Part shown: positions 18,631 through 30,858 of the stretch, one piece after another
How the letters are laid out: each line of letters opens with the position of its first letter
Numbering within the stretch: position 1 is the first letter of the stretch
Source of the DNA: Candidatus Saccharimonadota bacterium
GTDB lineage: Bacteria > Pseudomonadota > Gammaproteobacteria > Enterobacterales > Enterobacteriaceae
Reading direction: 5' to 3'
Length of the DNA stretch: 32,000 nt
NCBI RefSeq assembly: GCF_017656055.1
Contig: NZ_CP069383.1
Span: forward strand, 1-32,000
Program-made: the position numbers and the translations under genes
Notes under the pieces: generated by a model
Seen by the model: only the letters and a program-made list of their open reading frames with translations
Database searches by the model: none
Told to the model about the DNA's origin: nothing

Positions 18631-20407
18631 ATGTCGTAATTATTTTTTTTATTTCATTATTAATATTTATATTTTTACTACTTATTTTAAACATTTTTTT
18701 TTTACCTATTTTTTGTTTTTTTAATAATTTGTTTTTTCTGTTTATATCACCTCCATAACATTTTTCAGTAACATTTTTTCTAAATTGTTTAATAATTTTA
18801 GATTTTATTATTTTATTGTTAATTAATACTTGAATTTTTAGGTTAAAATTTTTTCTTTTTATATTTTTTAATAAATTATTAATTATATTATTTGAAATTT
18901 TAATATAATTTTTATCATTTACTATAGTTGTTAATTCATTAATTTTTATTTTATTTATCATAACTTCTAAAAATTTTAATTTATTTTCTTTAAATTTATA
19001 AAATTTATAATATATAGAAGCATATCCATTGGATATTGATTTTATTTCATTAAAAAAGATATTCATTAGTTCATACATTGGTATATAAATTATAATTTCT
19101 ATTTTATTTAATGAGTTTAAAATATTATATTTAATATATTTACATCTATTATATAAACATAATTCATTTATTTTACCTATATATTTTAATGGAGAAAATA
19201 TTCTACATATATAAATAGGTTCTTTTATAATTTTAATATCATTTTTATCTATATTAACAAAACTATCTGTTTTTATTATTTCATTTTTTTTATTTAATAA
19301 TTTATATATAATATTAGTTTTTGTCATTATAATATTTAATTTATATTTTTTTATTATTATTTCTTTTATAATATTTGAATGAAATATTCCTAAAAAACCG
19401 CATTTAAAACCAATTCCAAAGATATTAGATTTATATTTATTTATATGTAATATTTGATTATTTAGATACAATTCTTCTATTATTTTTTCTAATTTGTTAT
19501 AATTCTCGTTTTTTTCAGTATATATATTTCTATATACTTTAGGTATTAATTTGTAATTATTTTTATATTTATTTAAATTTATTATTTTAATATCTAATAA
19601 ATAATCACCTGGTTTTAGAATAATTTTATTATCTATAAGTATCCATCCTATATCTCCTATATTTATATAATTAGTTTTTATTTTTTTATTATTGTAATTT
19701 ATTATTCCTATTTCTTTTATTTTAAATTTTATATTATTTATATTTTTTAATATTATATTTTTATATAAAAATCCGTTTTCTAATTTTATTAAATATACAA
19801 TTCCATTAAAAGAATCTTTCCATGAATCTATTATTAATACTTTTAATAAGTTGTTATTTTCTTTTTGTGGATTTGGTATTTTTTTTATTATATTTTTTAT
19901 TATATTATTAATTCCTATATTTTTTTTAGCAGAACATAAAATTATATCATTTATATTTATTTTAAGTATTTTTTTAATTTCTTCTAATGTTTTATTAACA
20001 TTTGAATTTTTAGAATCAATTTTATTTACTATTATTAGTATTTCTTTTTTTTTTTTTTTTATATAATTATATAGTGATATTGTTTGAGCTTGTATTCCTT
20101 TGGTAGAATCTATTAATAATAAACATCCTTCACATGCATTTACATATTTATATACCTCATTTAAAAAATCTATATGTCCTGGAGTATCTATAAGATTTAA
20201 TATATATTTTTTATTTTTTGTAAAATATTCTAATTTTATATTTTTAGATTTTATTGTAATACCTTTTTCTTGTTCTATATCAATATTATCTATAATATTT
20301 TTATTTTTATTTTTGATATTTTTTAATATATGTTCTATAATATTTTTTGATAATGTTGACTTTCCATGATCAATATGTGAAATTATACAAAAGTTTTTTA
20401 TGTTCAT
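18623..20407 (-). CDS. lepA: Translation elongation factor 4 (LepA).
   Basis: [19 protein letters not shown] aligns with the E. coli start [20 protein letters not shown], which puts the start at the ATG on 20407-20405. Other matches are [8 protein letters not shown], VNKID and the C-terminal [26 protein letters not shown]. The 54-codon upstream extension in the ORF track (to 20569) has no homology. Confidence 0.92.
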   Translation of the reverse strand: [594 protein letters not shown]

Positions 20408-20423
20408 AATAAAAATAATATTT

Positions 20424-21086
20424 ATGTTAAATTGGAAAAAAATTATAATTAATGAATCTAATAAAAAATATTTTAAAAATATTTTTAATTTTATAAAAAA
20501 TGAAATTAAATATGGTAAAATTATTTTACCATATAAAAATAATATATTTAATTCTTTTAAATATAGCAATTTTAATAATATAAAAGTTGTTATTATAGGA
20601 CAAGATCCTTATTACAAATTAAATCAAGCTAATGGTATAGCTTTTTCTGTTAATAAAAATATTTTTATTCCTAGAACATTAATTAATATATATAGAGAAA
20701 TTTATAGAGATGATAAAATAAATTTTATTTTCCCTAATAATGGTTTTTTATTAAAATGGTTAAATCAAGGTGTTTTGTTATTAAATTCAGTTTTAACTGT
20801 TGAACTTAATAAACCAAGTTCTCATTTTGATATAGGTTGGGAAATTTTTATTTCTAATATAATTAAATATATAAATTTTTATAAAAAAAAAATAATATTT
20901 TTATTTTTAGGAAAATATTCTAGAAGATATATAAAATATATTAATTTAAAAAATAATTACATATTATGTACATCTCATCCATCTCCTTTATCTTTTAATA
21001 AAGGATTTTATGGATGTGGATACTTTTCAAAAATAAATAATATATTAAAAAAAAATAATTTTAAAGAAATAGATTGGCAAATTTAA
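20424..21086 (+). CDS. ung: Uracil-DNA glycosylase.
   Basis: Matches are VVIIGQDPY, ANGIAFSV, QGVLLLNSVLTV, GWEIF, FLFLGKYS and SHPSPLSFNKGFYGCGYF. MLNWKKII aligns with the E. coli N-terminus ..LTWHDVL, so I prefer the ATG at 20424. An alternative ATG lies at 20400. Confidence 0.9.
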   Translation: MLNWKKIIINESNKKYFKNIFNFIKNEIKYGKIILPYKNNIFNSFKYSNFNNIKVVIIGQDPYYKLNQANGIAFSVNKNIFIPRTLINIYREIYRDDKINFIFPNNGFLLKWLNQGVLLLNSVLTVELNKPSSHFDIGWEIFISNIIKYINFYKKKIIFLFLGKYSRRYIKYINLKNNYILCTSHPSPLSFNKGFYGCGYFSKINNILKKNNFKEIDWQI

Positions 21087-21802
21087 TCTTTTTTATTTGT
21101 AGATATTTTTGCCATAGCAGGTCTTATTAATCTTTCGTTTAAAATATAACCTTTTTGTAATATTTCTACAACATAATCTGGTTCAATTTTTTCATTATAT
21201 TCTAATGCAACAGCTTGATGTATATTTGGATTAAATTTAATATTTGTTTCTTCTATAGAAAATAATCCAAATTTATTAATTATTTTTATAAATAATTTTA
21301 ATGTTAATTTTATACCTTCTATTGTAGGATTATTTTGATTTTCATTATATTTTATTGTTCTTTCTAAATTATCTATAACTATAATTAATTCTAACATTAT
21401 ACTTTCATTAGAAAATTTACGTATTTTTTCTATTTCTATATATTTTTTTTTATTAATATTTTCAATTTCTGATCTAAAATATAATTTGTTATTTATTATT
21501 TCTTTATTTAATGATTCTATATTATTTTTAAGTTCTAATATTTCTTGTTTTTTTTTTTTTATGAAATTTATTATTTTTTCTTTATTATTTATTTTAGTAT
21601 TTTTTTCTATTTCATTTTTTTCTTTATTATTATTTTCAATATTTTTTAAATCTAAATTATTATCTTCTTTTTTATTGTTTATTTTAGTATTTTCATTTAT
21701 TTTATTTTTTTCTTTATTATTATTTTCAATATTTTTATTTAAGTTGTTATTTTTTTCCTTATTATTAATATTATTAATTGTATTTTTTATATTATTTTTC
21801 AT
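21083..21802 (-). CDS. grpE: Nucleotide exchange factor GrpE, with an expanded repetitive N-terminus.
   Basis: The C-terminal two-thirds aligns with GrpE: YFRSEIENINKK, LELIIVIDNLERT, GIKLTLKLFI..KFG, NPNIHQAVA, VVEILQKGYILNERLIRPAMAKI. The product is 239 aa against about 197 in E. coli. Confidence 0.88.
   Translation of the reverse strand: MKNNIKNTINNINNKEKNNNLNKNIENNNKEKNKINENTKINNKKEDNNLDLKNIENNNKEKNEIEKNTKINNKEKIINFIKKKKQEILELKNNIESLNKEIINNKLYFRSEIENINKKKYIEIEKIRKFSNESIMLELIIVIDNLERTIKYNENQNNPTIEGIKLTLKLFIKIINKFGLFSIEETNIKFNPNIHQAVALEYNEKIEPDYVVEILQKGYILNERLIRPAMAKISTNKKD
21581..21736 (-). repeat. In-frame direct duplication inside the grpE 5' region: two units of about 66 bp spaced 90 bp apart.
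   Basis: The + strand segments 21581-21646 and 21671-21736 are near-identical (tttattatttattttagtat...tctttattattattttcaatattttt). They encode KNIENNNKEKNKINENTKINNK and KNIENNNKEKNEIEKNTKINNK, 30 codons apart. Confidence 0.85.
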
Positions 21803-21880
21803 ATTTTTATATAATATTTTAAAAAGTTATTTTTTTTTATATTTTGTATATAATTATTATTTATAATATAATAATATATT

Positions 21881-22351
21881 ATGAATAAATTATATTCTAA
21901 ATTAATAAAAAATAAAAATATTTTATATAATTATAGTATAAAATATAAAATAGAATGTGGAATAGTATTAAAGCCATGGGAAGTAAAATCTTTTGTTAGT
22001 GGTAATATTAATATAAAGAATAGTTATATTGTAGTAATAAATAAAGAAATTTTTTTAAGAAATTCTATATTTAATCCTATTAATAATAATTTTTTATTTG
22101 TAAAGAATGATGATTTAGCAAGAGATAGAAAATTACTTTTAAGAAAAAATGAAATATTTAAAATATATAATGATATAAAAATAAGTAATATGGTAGGTAT
22201 AATTTTATCTATATATTTTAAAAATAAATTTATAAAAGTAAATTTAGGAATATCTAAAGGTAAAAAGAAAGTAGATATAAGAAATAAAATTAAAGAAAGA
22301 GATTGGAATATAAAAAAAAATAGAATATATAAGAGTAATAAAATTGATTAA
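21881..22351 (+). CDS. smpB: SsrA-binding protein SmpB.
   Basis: ECGIVLKPWEVKSF, RDRKLLLRKNEI and NLGISKGKKKVDIRNKIKERDW align with E. coli SmpB ([48 protein letters not shown]). The product is 156 aa and is followed by ssrA. Confidence 0.93.
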   Translation: MNKLYSKLIKNKNILYNYSIKYKIECGIVLKPWEVKSFVSGNINIKNSYIVVINKEIFLRNSIFNPINNNFLFVKNDDLARDRKLLLRKNEIFKIYNDIKISNMVGIILSIYFKNKFIKVNLGISKGKKKVDIRNKIKERDWNIKKNRIYKSNKID

Positions 22352-22404
22352 TTATATATTTTTATATATAATATTTATAATTATTATAAATAAAAAAAGA
22401 ATAT

Positions 22405-22749
22405 GGGGCTGAAAAGGTTTAGACATATTAAATATTTTATAAAAAATCATGTCAAGTTTTAAAAATCTTGTAAAAATTTTAAAAAACATAAATGCAAAAG
22501 ATACTTTTTATTTAAATAATTTAGCAGCTTAGTAGTAAAATATATTTCTTTTTAATATATTTAATTTTTTAAATATAATATATTGATTAATAAAATATAA
22601 AAATATTTAATTAAAATTTAGTAAAAATTTATTGGATATTATTATTTTTTCTTTTATTAATAATATTTTTAGTAAAAAAAAAAGAAAAGCATGTAATGTT
22701 TTTTTAAAGTAATTTTATATGGAAATGGGTTCGATTCCCATCAGCTCCA
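22405..22749 (+). ncRNA. ssrA: tmRNA (transfer-messenger RNA), about 345 nt, with no encoded CCA.
   Basis: The 5' end ggggctgaaaaggtttagac matches GGGGCTGATTCTGGATTCGAC. The 3' end gggttcgattcccatcagctcca forms the T-arm and an acceptor strand complementary to the 5' ggggctga. The internal tag reading frame gca aaa gat act ttt tat tta aat aat tta gca gct (22494-22529) encodes AKDTFYLNNLAA and is followed by tag tag taa. Confidence 0.9.
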
Positions 22750-22766
22750 AAAAAAAATTTTATAAT

Positions 22767-24380
22767 ATGAATTTATTTAAAGATAATAAAATTTTAGTTA
22801 CATGTGCTTTACCTTATTCTAATGGACCAATTCATATAGGACATTTATTAGAACATATTCAAGCAGATATATGGGTAAGATATAAAAAATATAATTTTTA
22901 TGATGTTAAGTTTATTTGTTCTGATGATTCACATGGTACTTCAATATTATTAAAGTCTAATAATCTTAAAATTAATCCAAAAAAATTAATATCAGATATT
23001 TATGTAGACCATAAAAAAGATTTAAAAAAGTTTAATATAAACTATAATATTTATTATAGTACTCATTCTTTGGAAAATATGTTTTTTTTAAATAATATAT
23101 ATAATGTTTTATTAAAAAAAAAATTAATTTTTAAAAAGAATGTATATCAGTTTTATGATAAATATTATTCTGTATTTCTTTCTGATAGATTATTTGTATC
23201 TAATTGTAAAGTTTGTTTATCTAAATTGGAAAATAACAATTATTGTGTATTATGTAATAATTATTATAGAAATTATGATATAATAAACCCTATTTCTTTA
23301 TTAAGTAATAAAAAACCAATTTTAAAAAAAACAGAGCATTTATTTTTTAAATTAAATGAATATAAAGAATTTTTAAAAGAAAAAATTTTAAATATAATTT
23401 TTCAAAAAGAAGTTTTAAATAAAATATATAAAGTTTTTGATAATGATTTAGAATTATGGGATATATCTAGAGATAAATTATATTTTGGTTTTAAAATACC
23501 TAATGAAAAAAATAAGTATTTTTGTGTATGGTTTGATGCTATTATAGGATATATAAGTACATTTTATAAATTATGTAAAGTTAATAATTTAAATTTTTTT
23601 GAGTATTGGAATGAATTTTCAAATTGTAAACTGTATCAATTTATAGGTAAAGATATAGTTTATTTCCATAGTATTTTTTGGTTATCTATTTTGAAATCAA
23701 TAAATTTTAGAATTCCAAATAAATTAATAGTACATGGTCATATAACTATTAATAATAATAAAATGTCTAAATCTTTGAATAATTATATAACTGCTAAAGA
23801 TTATATTAATAAAAATATTGATACAGATTTTCTAAGATATTTTTATGCTTCAAAATTATCTAATAATATAAATGATATAGATTTTAATACAAAAGAGTTT
23901 ATTTATAAAATTAATAATGTTTTAATAAATAAGATATTAAATATACCAAATAGAGTTGTTAATTTTCTTTATTTTTATTTTAATGGATTTTTATCTTCTT
24001 CTGATATAGAAGATATAAATTTATATAATATATTTTTAAGTAAACATACTTATATAAATTTATATTATAATAATTTCGAATATAATTTAGTTATAAAAAT
24101 AGTAGAAGAATTATCAGATTTATTAAATAAGTATATTTCTGATAGAGAACCTTGGAATAAAATTAATAATAAGAAGAAATTACATGATATATGTACGATG
24201 GTTATAAATTTATTTAAAATATTATTTATATACTTAAGACCTATATTGCCTAATATATCTAAAAAAGTAGAGTTCTTTTTAGGTATTAAATTGGATATTA
24301 AATTTATTTATATTTATTTATTTAATATTAAAATAAATAAATATTTTATTACAAAAAAAATTTTAGATATAAAGTTTTAA
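22767..24380 (+). CDS. metG: Methionine--tRNA ligase, catalytic core only, with the C-terminal dimerisation/tRNA-binding domain absent.
   Basis: [30 protein letters not shown] carries the HIGH motif. A CKVC...CVLC zinc knuckle and KMSKS are present, and [10 protein letters not shown] also matches. The 16-codon upstream extension in the ORF track overlaps the tmRNA 3' end and is rejected. The product is 537 aa against 677 in E. coli. Confidence 0.92.
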   Translation: MNLFKDNKILVTCALPYSNGPIHIGHLLEHIQADIWVRYKKYNFYDVKFICSDDSHGTSILLKSNNLKINPKKLISDIYVDHKKDLKKFNINYNIYYSTHSLENMFFLNNIYNVLLKKKLIFKKNVYQFYDKYYSVFLSDRLFVSNCKVCLSKLENNNYCVLCNNYYRNYDIINPISLLSNKKPILKKTEHLFFKLNEYKEFLKEKILNIIFQKEVLNKIYKVFDNDLELWDISRDKLYFGFKIPNEKNKYFCVWFDAIIGYISTFYKLCKVNNLNFFEYWNEFSNCKLYQFIGKDIVYFHSIFWLSILKSINFRIPNKLIVHGHITINNNKMSKSLNNYITAKDYINKNIDTDFLRYFYASKLSNNINDIDFNTKEFIYKINNVLINKILNIPNRVVNFLYFYFNGFLSSSDIEDINLYNIFLSKHTYINLYYNNFEYNLVIKIVEELSDLLNKYISDREPWNKINNKKKLHDICTMVINLFKILFIYLRPILPNISKKVEFFLGIKLDIKFIYIYLFNIKINKYFITKKILDIKF

Positions 24381-24436
24381 ATTTATCAGTAAATTTTAAA
24401 TATTTAAATAAAATAAAATTTATAAAATATAAATAT

Positions 24437-25693
24437 ATGAATTTAACAGAATTAAAAAATATAGATTTTTCAGAATTAATTTCTATTGGTAAAAATATTT
24501 GTTTAAATAATATAAATAAAATGAAAAAAAATGATATTATTTTTAATATATTAAAATATCATTTTAATTTAGGTAATGATATATCTGGTGATGGTGTATT
24601 AGAAGTTTTACAAGATGGATTTGGTTTTTTAAGATCAGCTAATAATTCTTATTTAGCAAGTCCTGATGATATATATGTTTCTCCTAATCAAATAAGAAAA
24701 TTTAATTTAAAAACTGGAGATACTATATTTGGAAAGATAAGACCTCCTAAAGATAATGAAAAATATTTTGCTTTATTAAAAATTGATAATATTAATTTTG
24801 AAAATATTGATTTATATAATAATAAAATTTTATTTGAAAATCTTGTTCCATTACATACTAATATTAGATTAAAAATGGAAATAGAAAATAATAATGATAT
24901 AACTCAAAGAATGTTGGATTTAGTATCTCCTATTGGTAAGGGACAAAGAGGATTAATAGTTTCACCTCCTAAAGCAGGAAAAACTACATTATTACAAAAA
25001 ATTGCTAAAAGTATTACTTATAATCATCCAGAATGTTATTTAATAATTTTATTAATTGATGAAAGACCAGAAGAAGTAACTGAAATGAAAAAGTTAATAC
25101 CTGAATCTGATGTAATATACTCTACTTTTGATGAATCTCCTAATAGACATATTCAAATATCAGAAATTGTTATAGAAAAAGCTAAAAGATTAGTTGAAAA
25201 TAAAAAAGATGTTGTAATATTATTAGATTCAATTACTAGATTAGCTAGAGCTTATAATGTATTAGTTCCATCATCTGGTAAAATATTAACAGGAGGTATA
25301 GATTCAAATGCATTAAATAAACCAAAAAAATTTTTTGGTGCTGCTAGAAATATTCAAAATGGAGGAAGTTTAACTATAATAGCTACTGCATTAATAGAAA
25401 CTGGATCTAAGATGGATGATATAATATATGAGGAATTTAAAGGAACAGGGAATATGGAATTACATTTATCAAGAAAAATATCTGAAAAAAGAATATTTCC
25501 ATCTATAGATTATAATAAATCTGGTACTAGAAAAGAAGAATTATTATTTAATGAAAGTGAATTAAATAAAATATGTATATTAAGAAAAATATTAAATAAT
25601 ATGAATGATGTAGAAGCTATTGAATTTTTAATAAATAAAATTTCTAATACTAAAAACAATAAAGATTTTTTTAATTTAATGAAAATAAAATAA
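24437..25693 (+). CDS. rho: Transcription termination factor Rho.
   Basis: The product is 418 aa and collinear with E. coli Rho (419 aa). Matches include [133 protein letters not shown] and [12 protein letters not shown]. Confidence 0.97.
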   Translation: MNLTELKNIDFSELISIGKNICLNNINKMKKNDIIFNILKYHFNLGNDISGDGVLEVLQDGFGFLRSANNSYLASPDDIYVSPNQIRKFNLKTGDTIFGKIRPPKDNEKYFALLKIDNINFENIDLYNNKILFENLVPLHTNIRLKMEIENNNDITQRMLDLVSPIGKGQRGLIVSPPKAGKTTLLQKIAKSITYNHPECYLIILLIDERPEEVTEMKKLIPESDVIYSTFDESPNRHIQISEIVIEKAKRLVENKKDVVILLDSITRLARAYNVLVPSSGKILTGGIDSNALNKPKKFFGAARNIQNGGSLTIIATALIETGSKMDDIIYEEFKGTGNMELHLSRKISEKRIFPSIDYNKSGTRKEELLFNESELNKICILRKILNNMNDVEAIEFLINKISNTKNNKDFFNLMKIK

Positions 25694-25736
25694 TTTTATA
25701 AACATTATTTTTTTTTTAATATTTTAATATTTTGTA

Positions 25737-25764
25737 TTGACATATATAATATATATTATATTAT
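25737..25764 (+). promoter_or_regulatory. Candidate sigma70 promoter for the rrn operon.
   Basis: A perfect -35 hexamer TTGACA lies at 25737-25742. A 16-bp spacer follows, then TATTAT at 25759-25764, which matches TATAAT at 5 of 6 positions. The site is about 90 nt upstream of mature 16S, and the upstream DNA is pure A/T. TTGACA is unusual in this G/C-poor background, whereas -10-like hexamers are ubiquitous here. Confidence 0.35.
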
Positions 25765-25852
25765 TTAAATGAATATTATTTTATATTTAAATAATATTAT
25801 TTTTATTTTATAAATGTTTATATAATTCTTATTCTTATTTAAACATTTATTT

Positions 25853-27457
<1,605 letters not shown>

Positions 27458-27530
27458 AAAGAAAAATAAGGTGTTGTAAATAAAAAGTAAAAATAATTTT
27501 TTTTTTAAATAAATAAAATAATATATTTTT

Positions 27531-27603
27531 ATCTCTTTCGTCTAAAAGGTTAGGACATTGCCCTTTCACGGCAATAACAGGGGTTCGAATCCCCTAAGAG
27601 ATA
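27531..27603 (+). tRNA. tRNA-Glu (anticodon UUC) in the 16S-23S spacer.
   Basis: The gene is 73 nt: atctctt tc gtctaaaaggttaggac attgc cctttcacg gcaat aac aggggttcgaatcccct aagagat a. It is near-identical in architecture to E. coli tRNA-Glu, including the anticodon loop CUUUCAC. No CCA is encoded. Confidence 0.93.
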
Positions 27604-27638
27604 TTTTTTATAAAGAATTACTAAAAATAAGTAAAAAA

Positions 27639-30581
<2,943 letters not shown>

Positions 30582-30610
30582 TTTTTAAAAAATATTATAT
30601 AATTATAAAA

Positions 30611-30757
30611 ACATTCTATTTTGATAAATATAGTGTGATTGACCCACCTGAAAGTTCATATTATTTTTATGAATTCCATACCGAACTCAGAAGTGAAATA
30701 TCATAACGCCGATGGTAGTATTAATTTGCGAGAGTAGGTATTATCGGATAGAATGTT
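30611..30757 (+). rRNA. rrf: 5S ribosomal RNA, unusually long at about 147 nt, with an internal hairpin insertion.
   Basis: The core matches are cccacctga...ccataccgaactcagaagtgaaa...cgccgatggtagt...gcgagagtagg. Helix I forms between acattctat (30611-30619) and atagaatgt (30748-30756). The ends are approximate. Confidence 0.85.
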
Positions 30758-30768
30758 TTAAAATTTTT

Positions 30769-30841
30769 AGGAAGATAATTTAAATGGATAGAATTCTAGT
30801 CTCCAAAACTAGATGTGAAAGTTCGAATCTTTCTCTTCCTG
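30769..30841 (+). tRNA. tRNA-Trp (anticodon CCA) distal to 5S.
   Basis: The gene is 73 nt: aggaaga ta attt aaatggata gaat t ctagt ctccaaa actag atgt gaaag ttcgaat ctttc tcttcct g. Its architecture and anticodon loop match E. coli tRNA-Trp (AGGGGCG...CUCCAAA...G73). No CCA is encoded. Confidence 0.92.
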
Positions 30842-30858
30842 AAATATAATATTTTTAT

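Noticed and set aside
20408-20569. The lepA ORF has a 54-codon N-terminal extension (MLYLKELNILFLYGK...). The ung ORF has a similar 8-codon extension starting at 20400.
   Set aside because: The homologous N-termini ([18 protein letters not shown] for LepA, MLNWKKII for Ung) begin at internal ATGs. The lepA extension runs antisense through the ung coding region and has no similarity to anything.
22719-22766. The metG ORF has a 16-codon upstream extension (MEMGSIPISSKKKFYN).
   Set aside because: These bases are the T-arm and acceptor 3' strand of tmRNA (gggttcgattcccatcagctcca). MetRS homology starts at the ATG at 22767.
25830-25846. The rrn leader contains a possible boxA antiterminator (cttatttaaaca against the consensus GCTCTTTAACAA).
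   Set aside because: The match is only partial, it cannot be distinguished from background A/T sequence, and it overlaps the local hairpin arm.
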